Below are positions 50,170 through 60,500 of a stretch of DNA of 64,000 bases, in pieces. Position 1 is the stretch's first letter. Every line of letters starts with the position of its first letter. This DNA comes from Eledone cirrhosa. Taxonomy: Eukaryota. A program made the translations under genes and the position numbers. The DNA lies in the NCBI GenBank assembly GCA_964016885.1, contig OZ024759.1, positions 2,480,001-2,544,000 of the forward strand. Direction: 5' to 3'. The notes under the pieces are model-generated. The model was given only the letters and a program-made list of their open reading frames with translations, did no database searches and was not told where the DNA came from.

Positions 50170-53100
50170 TGAGGTAACAAATAGGTTAAAGTTCTGTTTC
50201 AGCCATGTTTCTCCCCCCTCACAGATTGGGTAACAAAGAGGTTAAAGTTCTGTTTCACCCATGTTTCTCCCTCCTCACTAGTTGAGGTAACAAAGAGGTT
50301 AAAGTTCTGTTTCAGCCATGTTTCTCCCCCCTCACAGATTGGGTAACAAAGAGGTTAAAGTTCTGTTTCACCCATGTTTCTCCCTCCTCACTAGTTGAGG
50401 TAACAAAGAGGTTAAAGTTCTGTTTCAACCATGTTTCTCACTCCTCACTATTGAGGTAACAAAGAGGTTAAAGTTCTGTTTCACACATGTTCTCCCTCCT
50501 TACTAGTTGAGGTAAAAATGAGGTTAAAGTTCTGTTTCACCCATGTTTCTACCCCTTACTAGTTGATGTAACAAAGAGGTTAAAGTTCTGTTTCACCCAT
50601 GTTTCTACCTCCTTACTAGTTGAGGTAACAAAGAGGTTAAAGTTCTGTTTCCCCCATGTTTCTCCCTCCTCACTAGTTGAGGTAACAAATAGGTTAAAGT
50701 TCTGTTTCAGCCATGTTTCTCCCCCCTCACTAGTTTAGGTAACAAAGAGGTTAAAGTTCTGTTTCACCCATGTTTCTCCCTCCTCAGTAGATGAGGTAAC
50801 AAAGAGGTTAAAGTTCTGTTTCACACATGTTTCTCCCTCCTCACTAGTTGAGGTAACAAAGAGGTTAAAATTCTGTTTCACCCATGTTTCTCACTCCTCA
50901 CTATTTAGGTAACAAAGAGGTTAAAGTTCTGTTTCACACATTTTTCTCCCTCCTTACTAGTTGAGGTAACAATGAGGTTAAAGTTCTGTTTCACCCATGT
51001 TTCTACCCCTTACTAGTTGAGGTAACAAAGAGGTTAAAGTTCTGTTTCACCCATGTTTCTACCTCCTCACTAGTTGAGGTAACAAAGAGGTTAAAGTTCT
51101 GTTTCCCCCATGTTTCTCCCTCCTCACTAGTTGAGGTAACAAAGAGGTTGAAGTTCTGTTTCACCCATGTTTCTACCTTCCTCACTATTTGAGGTAACAA
51201 AGAGGTTAAAGTTCTGTTTCACCCATGTTTCTACCTCCTCACTAGTTGAGGTAACAATGAGGTTAAAGTTCTGTTTCACCCATGTTACTACCCCTTACTA
51301 GTTTAGGTAACAAAGAGATTAAAGTTCTGTTTCACCCCTGTTTCTACCTCCTCACTATTTGAGGTAACAAAGAGGTTAAAGTTCTGTTTCCCCCATGTTT
51401 CTCCCTCCTCACTATTTGAGGTAACAAATAGGTTAAAGTTCTGTTTCAGCCATGTTTCTCCCCCCTCACTAGTTTAGGTAATAAAGAGGTTAAAGTTCTG
51501 TTTCACCCATGTTTCTCCCTCCTCACTAGTTGCGTTAACAAAGAGGTTAAAGTTCTGTTTCACCCATGTTTCTCCCTCCTCACTAGTTGAGGTAACAAAG
51601 AGGTTAAAGTTCTGTTTCACCCATGTTTCTCCCTCCTCACTAGTTGAGGTAACAAAGAGGTTAAAGTTCTGTTTCACCCATGTTTCTCCCTCCTCACTAG
51701 TTGAGGTAACAAAGAGGTTAAAGTTCTGTTTCACCCATGTTTCTCCCTCCTCACTAGTTGAGGTAACAAAGAGGTCAAAATTCTGTTTCACCCATGTTTC
51801 TCCTTCCTTACCATTTGAGGTAAAAAAGAGGTTAAAGTTCTGTTTCACCCATGTTCTCCCTCCTCAATAGTTGAGGTAACAAAGAGGTTAGAGTTCTGTT
51901 TCACCCATGTTGCTACCTCCTCACTATTTGAGGTAACAAAAAGGTTAAAGTTCTGTTTCACCCATGTTTCTCTCTCCTCACTATTAGAGGTAACAAAGAG
52001 GTTAAAGTTCTGTTTAACCCATGTTTCTCCCTCCTCACTAGTTGAGGTAACAAAGAGCTTAGAGTTCTGTTTCACCCATGTCTCTACCTTCCTCACTAGT
52101 TGAGGTAACAAAGAGGTTAAAGTTCTGTTTCACACATGTTTCTACCTCCTCAATAGTTGAGGTAACAAAGAGGTTAAAGTTGTGTTTCACCCATGTTTCT
52201 ACCTCCTCACTATTTGAGGTAACAAAGAGGTTAAAAGTTCTGTTTCACCCATGTTTCTCCCTCCCCCCTTATGAGTTAACAAAGAGGTTAAAGTTCTGTT
52301 TCACCCATGTTTCTACCTTCCTCACTATTTGAGGTAACAAAGAGGTTAAAGTTCTGTTTCACCCATGTTTCTACCTCCTCACTAGTTGAGGTAACAAAGA
52401 GGTTAAAGTTCTGTTTCACCCAAGTTTCTCCCTCCTCACTAGTTGAGGTAACAAAGAGGTTAAAGTTCTGTTTCACCCATGTTTCTCACCCCTCACTAGT
52501 TGAGGTAACAAAGAGGTTAAAGTTCTGTTTCACCCATGTTTCTACCTCCTCACTAGTTGAGGTAACAAAGAGGTTAAAGTTCTGTTTCACCCATGTTTCT
52601 CCCTCCTCATTAGTTGAGGTAACAAAGAGGTTAAAGTTCTGTTTCACCCATGTTTCTCCCTCCTCACTGTTGAGGTAACAAAGAGGTTAAAGTTCTGTTT
52701 CACACATGTTTCTCCCTCCTTACTAGTTGAGGTAACAATGAGGTTAAAGTTCTGTTTCACCCATGTTTCTCCATCCTTACCATTTGAGGTAACAAAGAGG
52801 TTAAAGTTCTGTTTCACCCATGTTCTCCCTCCTCACTAGTTGAGGTAACAAAGAGATTAAAGTTCTGTTTCACCCCTGTTTCTACCTCCTCACTAGTTGA
52901 GGTAACAAAGAGGTTAAAGTTCTGTTTCCCCCATGTTTCTCCCTCCTCACTATTTGAGGTAACAAATAGGTTAAAGTTCTGTTTCAAACATGTTTCCCCC
53001 CCCCTCACTAGTTTGGGTAACAAAAGCTTAAAGTTCTGTTTCACCCATGTTTCTCCCTCCTCATTAGTTGAGGTAACAAAGAGGTTGAAGTTCTGTTTCA

Positions 53101-54539
53101 CCCATGTTCTACCTCCTCACTAGTTGAGGTAACAAAGAGGTTAAAGTTCTGTTTCACCCATGTTTCTCCCTCCTCACTATTGAGGTAACAAAGAGGTTAA
53201 AGTTCTGTTTCACACATGTTCTCCCTCCTTACTAGTTGAGGTAAAAATGAGGTTAAAGTTCTGTTTCACCCATGTTTCTACCCCTTACTAGTTGATGTAA
53301 CAAAGAGGTTAAAGTTCTGTTTCACCCATGTTTCTACATCCTTACTAGTTGAGGTAACAAAGAGGTTAAAGTTCTGTTTCTCCCATGTTTCTCCCTCCTC
53401 ACTATTTGAGGTAACAAATAGGTTAAAGTTCTGTTTCAGCCATGTTTCTCCCCCCTCACTAGTTTAGGTAACAAAGAGGTTAAAGTTCTGTTTCACCCAT
53501 GTTTCTCCCTCCTCACTAGTTGAGGTAACAAAGAGGTTGAAGTTCTGTTTCACCCATGTTTCTACCTTCCTCACTATTTGAGGTAACAAAGAGGTTAAAG
53601 TTCTGTTTCACCCATGTTTCTACCTCCTCACTAGTTGAGGTAACAAAGAGGTTAAAGTTCTGTTTCACCCATGTTTCTCCCTCCTCACTAGTTGAGGTAA
53701 CAAAGAGGTTAGAGTTCTGTATCACCCATGTTTCTACCTCCTCACTACTTGAGGTAACAAAGAAGTTAATGTTCTGTTTCACCCATGTTTCTCCCTCCTC
53801 ACTAGTTGAGGTAACAAAGAGGTTGAAGTTCTATTTCACCCATGTTTCTACCTCCTCACTAGTTGAGGTAACAAAGAGGTTAAAGTTCTGTTTCACCCAT
53901 GTTTCTCCCTCCTCACTAGTTGAGGTAACAAAGAGGTTGAAGTTCTATTTCACCCATGTTTCTACCTCCTCACTAGTTGAGGTAACAAAGAGGTTAAAGT
54001 TCTGTTTCACCCATGTTTCTCCCTCCTCACTATTGAGGTAACAAAGAGGTTAAAGTTCTGTTTCACACATGTTCTCCCTCCTTACTAGTTGAGGTAAAAA
54101 TGAGGTTAAAGTTCTGTTTCACCCATGTTTCTACCCCTTACTAGTTGATGTAACAAAGAGGTTAAAGTTCTGTTTCACCCATGTTTCTACCTCCTCACTA
54201 GTTGAGGTAACAAAGAGGTTAAAGTTCTGTTTCACCCATGTTTCTACCTCCTCAATAGTTGAGGTAACAAAGAGGTTAAAGTTCTGTTTCACCCATGTTT
54301 CTACCTCCTCACTATTTGAGGTAACAAAGAGGTTGAAGTTCTGTTTCACCCATGTTTCTACCTTCCTCACTATTTGAGGTAACAAAGAGGTTAAAGTTCT
54401 GTTTCACCCATGTTTCTACCTCCTCACTATTTGAGGTAACAAAGAGGTTAAAGTTCTGTTTCACCCATGTTTCTCCCTCCTCACTAGTTGAGGTAACAAA
54501 GAGGTTAGAGTTCTGTTTCACCCATGTTACTACCTCCTC

Positions 54540-57500
54540 ACTAGTTGAGGTAACAAAGAGGTTAAAGTTCTGTTTCACCCATGTTTCTACCTTCCTCACT
54601 AGTTGAGGTAACAAAGAGGTTAAAGTTCTGTTTCACCCATGTTTCTACCTCCTCAATAGTTGAGGTAACAAAGAGGTTAAAGTTCTGTTTCACCCATGAC
54701 TCTTCCTCCTCACTAGTTGAGGTAACAAAGAGGTTAAAGTTCTGTTTCACCCATGTTTCTCCCTCCTCATTAGTTGAGGTAACAAAGAGGTTAAAGTTCT
54801 GTTTCACCCATGTTCCTACCTCCTAACTAGTTGAGGTAACAAAGAGTTTAAAGTTCAGTTTCACCCATGTTTCTACCTGCTCACTAGGTGAGGTAACAAA
54901 GAGGTTAAAGTTCTGTTTCACCCATGGGTCTCCCTCCTCACTAGTTGAGGTAACAAAGAGGTTAAAGTTCTGTTTCACCCATGTTTCTACCTCCTCACTA
55001 GTTGAGGTAACAAAGAGGTTAAAGTTCTGTTTCACCCATGTTTCTCCATCCTCACTACTTGAGGTAACCAAGAGGTTAAAGTTCTATTTCACCCATGTTT
55101 CTCCTTCCTTACTACTTGAGGTAACAAAGAGGTTAAAGTTCTGTTTCATCCATGTATCTCCCTCTTTACTAGTTGAGGTAACAAAGAGGTTAAAGTTCTG
55201 TTTCACCCATGTTTCTCCCTCCTCACTAGTCGAGGTAACAAAGAGGTTAAAGTTCTGTTTCACCCATTTTCTACCTCCTCACTAGTTGAGGTAACAAAGA
55301 GTTTAAAGTTCTGTTTCACCCATGTTTCTCCCTCCTCATTAGTTGAGGTAACAAAGAAGTTAAAGTTCTGTTTCACCCATGTTTCTATCTCCTCACTAGT
55401 TGAGGTAACAAAGAGGTTAAAGTTCTGTTTCACCCATGTTTCTCCCTCCTCACTAGTTGAGGTAACACAGAGGTTGAAGTTCTGTTTCACCCATGTTTCT
55501 ACCTTCCTCACTATTTGAGGTAACAAAGAGGTTAAAGTTCTGTTTCACCCATGTTTCTACCTCCTCACTAGTTGAGGTAACAAAGAGGTGAAAGTTCTGT
55601 TTCACCCATGTTTCTACCTCCTCACTAGTTGAGGTAACAAAGAGGTTAAAATTCTGTTTCACCCAAGTTTCTCCCTCCTCATTAGTTGAGGTAACAAAGA
55701 GGTTAAAGTTCTGTTTCACCCATGTTTCTCCCTCCTCACTATTGAGGTAACAAAGATGTTAAAGTTCTGTTTCACACATGTTTCTCCCTCCTTACTAGTT
55801 GAGGTAACAATGAGGTTAAAGTTCTGTTTCACCCATGTTTCTCCTTCCTTACCATTTGAGGTAACAAAGAGGTTAAAGTTCTGTTTCACCCATGTTCTCC
55901 CTCCTCACTAGTTGAGGTAACAAAGAGATTAAAGTTCTGTTTCACCCCTGTTTCTACCTCCTCCCTAGGTGAGGTAACAAAGAGGTTAAAGTTCTGTTTC
56001 CCCCATGTTTCTCCCTCCTCACTATTTGAGGTAACAAAGAGGTCAAAGTTCTGTTTCACCCATGTTTCTCCTTCCTTACCATTTGAGGTAACAAAGAGGT
56101 TAAAGTTCTGTTTCACCCATGTTCTCCCTCCTCACTAGTTGAGGTAACAAAGAGGTTAGAGTTCTGTTTCACCCATGTTGCTACCTCCTCACTATTTGAG
56201 GTAACAAAAAGGTTAAAGTTCTGTTTCACCCATGTTTCTCCCTCCTCACTAGTTGAGGTAACAAAGAGGTTAAAGTTCTGTTTCACCCATGTTTCTACCC
56301 CTTACTAGTTGATGTAACAAAGAGGTTAAAGTTCTGTTTCACCCATGTTTCTACATCCTTACTAGTTGAGGTAACAAAGAGGTTAAAGTTCTGTTTCACA
56401 CATGTTCTCCCTCCTTACTAGTTGAGGTAAAAATGAGGTTAAAGTTCTGTTTCACCCATGTTTCTACCCCTTACTAGTTGATGTAACAAAGAGGTTAAAG
56501 TTCTGTTTCACCCATGTTTCTACATCCTTACTAGTTGAGGTAACAAAGAGGTTAAAGTTCTGTTTCCCCCATGTTTCTCCCTCCTCACTAGTTGAGGTAA
56601 CAAAGAGGTTACAGTTCTGTTTCACCCATGTTTCTACCTCCTCACTAGTTGAGGTAACAAAGAGGTTAAAGTTCTGTTTCACCCATGTTTCTCCCTCTTC
56701 ACTATTTGAGGTAACAAATAGGTTAAAGTTCTGTTTCAGCCATGTTTCTCCCCCCTCACTAGTTTAGGTAACAAAGAGGTTAAAGTTCTGTTTCACCCAT
56801 GTTTCTCCCTCCTCACTAGTTGAGGTAACAAAGAGGTTGAAGTTCTGTTTCACCCATGTTTCTACCTTCCTCACTATTTGAGGTAACAAAGAGGTTAAAG
56901 TTCTGTTTCACCCATGTTTCTACCTCCCCACTAGTTGAGGTAACAAAGAGGTTAAAGTTCTGTTTCACCCATGTTTCTACCTCCTCACTATTTGAGGTAA
57001 CAAAGAGGTTAAAGTTCTGTTTCACCCATGGACCTAGCTCCTGACTAGTTGAGGTAACAAAGAGGTTAAACTTCTGTTTAACCCATGTCTCTACCTTCCT
57101 CACTAGTTGAGGTAACAAAGAGGTTAAAGTTCTGTTTCACACATGTTTCTACCTCCTCAATAGTTGAGGTAACAAAGAGGTTAAAGTTGTGTTTCACCCA
57201 TGTTTCTACCTCCTCACTATTTGAGGTAACAAAGAGGTTAAAGTTCTGTTTCACCCATGTTTCTCCCTCCTCACTAGTTGAGGTAACAAAGAGGTTAGAG
57301 TTCTGTATCACCCATGTTTCTACCTCCTCACTACTTGAGGTAACAAAGAAGTTAATGTTCTGTTTCACCCATGTTTCTCCCTCCTCACTAGTTGAGGTAA
57401 CAAAGAGGTTAAAGTTCTGTTTCACCCATGTTTCTCCCTCCTCACTAGTTGAGGTAACAAAGAGGTTGAAGTTCTATTTCACCCATGTTTCTACCTCCTC

Positions 57501-60500
57501 ACTAGTTGAGGTAACAAAGAGGTTAAAGTTCTGTTTCACCCATGTTTCTCCCTCCTCACTATTGAGGTAACAAAGAGGTTAAAGTTCTGTTTCACACATG
57601 TTCTCCCTCCTTACTAGTTGAGGTAAAAATGAGGTTAAAGTTCTGTTTCACCCATGTTTCTACCCCTTACTAGTTGATGTAGCAAAGAGGTTAAAGTTCT
57701 GTTTCACCCATGTTTCTACCTCCTCACTAGTTGGGGTAACAAAGAGGTTAAAGTTCTGTTTCACCCATGTTTCTACCTCCTCAATAGTTGAGGTAACAAA
57801 GAGGTTAAAGTTCTGTTTCACCCATGTTTCTACCTCCTCACTATTTGAGGTAACAAAGAGGTTGAAGTTCTGTTTCACCCATGTTTCTACCTTCCTCACT
57901 ATTTGAGGTAACAAAGTGGTTAAAGTTCAGTTTCACCCATGTTTCTACCCCCTCACTAGTTGAGGTAACAAAGGGGTTAAAGTTCTGTTTCACCCATGTT
58001 CCCCCTCCTAACTAGTTGAGGTAACAAATAGGTTAAAGTTCTGTTTCACCCATGTTTCTCCCCCCTCACTAGTTGAGGTAACAAAGGGGTTAAAGTTCTG
58101 TTTCACCCAGTTTCCCCCTCCTCACTAGTTTAGGTTAAAGTTCTGTTTCCCCCATGTTTCTCGCTCCTCACTACTTGAGGTAACAAAGAAGTTAAAGTTC
58201 TGTTTCACCCATGTTTCTCCCTCCTCACTAGTTGAGGTAACAAAGAGGTTAGAGTTCTGTTTCACCCATGTTACTACCTCCTCACTAGTTGAGGTAACAA
58301 AGAGGTTAAAGTTCTGTTTCACCCATGTTTCTACCTTCCTCACTAGTTGAGGTAACAAAGAGGTTAAAGTTCTGTTTCACCCATGTTTCTACCTCCTCAA
58401 TAGTTGAGGTAACAAAGAGGTTAAAGTTCTGTTTCACCCATGACTCTTCCTCCTCACTAGTTGAGGTAACAAAGAGGTTAAAGTTCTGTTTCACCCATGT
58501 TTCTCCCTCCTCATTAGTTGAGGTAACAAAGAGGTTAAAGTTCTGTTTCACCCATGTTCCTACCTCCTAACTAGTTGAGGTAACAAAGAGTTTAAAGTTC
58601 AGTTTCACCCATGTTTCTACCTGCTCACTAGGTGAGGTAACAAAGAGGTTAAAGTTCTGTTTCACCCATGGTTCTCCCTCCTCACTAGTTGAGGTAACAA
58701 AGAGGTTAAAGTTCTGTTTCACCCATGTTTCTACCTCCTCACTAGTTGAGGTAACAAAGAGGTTAAAGTTCTGTTTCACCCATGTTTCTCCATCCTCACT
58801 ACTTGAGGTAACCAAGAGGTTAAAGTTCTATTTCACCCATGTTTCTCCTTCCTTACTACTTGAGGTAACAAAGAGGTTAAAGTTCTGTTTCATCCATGTA
58901 TCTCCCTCTTTACTAGTTGAGGTAACAAAGAGGTTAAAGTTCTGTTTCACCCATGTTTCTCCCTCCTCACTAGTCCAGGTAACAAAGAGGTTAAAGTTCT
59001 GTTTCACCCATGTTTCTACCTCCTCACTAGTTGAGGTAACAAAGAGGTTAAAGTTCTGTTTCACCCATGTTTCTCCCTCCTCATTAGTTGAGGTAACAAA
59101 GAAGTTAAAGTTCTGTTTCACCCATGTTTCTATCTCCTCACTAGTTGAGGTAACAAAGAGGTTAAAGTTCTGTTTCACCCATGTTTCTCCCTCCTCACTA
59201 GTTGAGGTAACACAGAGGTTGAAGTTCTGTTTCACCCATGTTTCTACCTTCCTCACTATTTGAGGTAACAAAGAGGTTAAAGTTCTGTTTCACCCATGTT
59301 TCTACCTCCTCACTAGTTGAGGTAACAAAGAGGTTAAAGTTCTGTTTCACCCAAGTTTCTCCCTCCTCACTAGTTGAGGTAACAAAGAGGTTAAAGTTCT
59401 GTTTCACCCATGTTTCTCACCCCTCACTAGTTGAGGTAACAAAGAGGTTAAAGTTCTGTTTCACCCATGTTTCTACCTCCTCACTAGTTGAGGTAACAAA
59501 GAGGTTAAAGTTCTGTTTCACCCATGTTTCTCCCTCCTCATTAGTTGAGGTAACAAAGAGGTTAAAGTTCTGTTTCACCCATGTTTCTCCCTCCTCACTA
59601 TTGAGGTAACAAAGAGGTTAAAGTTCTGTTTCACACATGTTTCTCCCTCCTTACTAGTTGAGGTAACAATGAGGTTAAAGTTCTGTTTCACCCATGTTTC
59701 TCCTTCCTTACCATTTGAGGTAACAAAGAGGTTAAAGTTCTGTTTCACCCATGTTCTCCCTCCTCACTAGTTGAGGTAACAAAGAGATTAAAGTTCTGTT
59801 TCACCCCTGTTTCTACCTCCTCCCTAGTTGAGGTAACAAAGAGGTTAAAGTTCTGTTTCCCCCATGTTTCTCCCTCCTCACTATTTGAGGTAACAAAGAG
59901 GTCAAAGTTCTGTTTCACCCATGTTTCTCCTTCCTTACCATTTGAGGTAACAAAGAGGTTAAATTTCTGTTTCACCCATGTTCTCCCTCCTCACTAGTTG
60001 AGGTAACAAAGAGGTTAGAGTTCTGTTTCACCCATGTTGCTACCTCCTCACTATTTGAGGTAACAAAAAGGTTAAAGTTCTGTTTCACCCATGTTTCTCT
60101 CTCCTCACTATTTGAGGTAACAAAGAGGTTAAAGTTCTGTTTCACCCATGGACCTAGCTCCTGACTAGTTGAGGTAACAAAGAGGTTAAAGTTCTGTTTC
60201 ACCCATGTTTCTACCTCCTCAATAGTTGAGGTAACAAAGAGGTTAAAGTTCTGTTTCACCCATGTTTCTACCTCCTCACTATTTGAGGTAACAAAGAGGT
60301 TGAAGTTCTGTTTCACCCATGTTTCTACCTTCCTCACTATTTGAGGTAACAAAGAGGTTAAAGTTCTGTTTCACCCATGTTTCTACCTCCTCACTACTTG
60401 AGGTAACAAAGAGGTTAAAGTTCTGTTTCACCCATGTTTCTACCTCCTCAATAGTTGAGGTAACAAAGAGGTTAAAGTTCTGTTTCACCCATGTTTCTAC

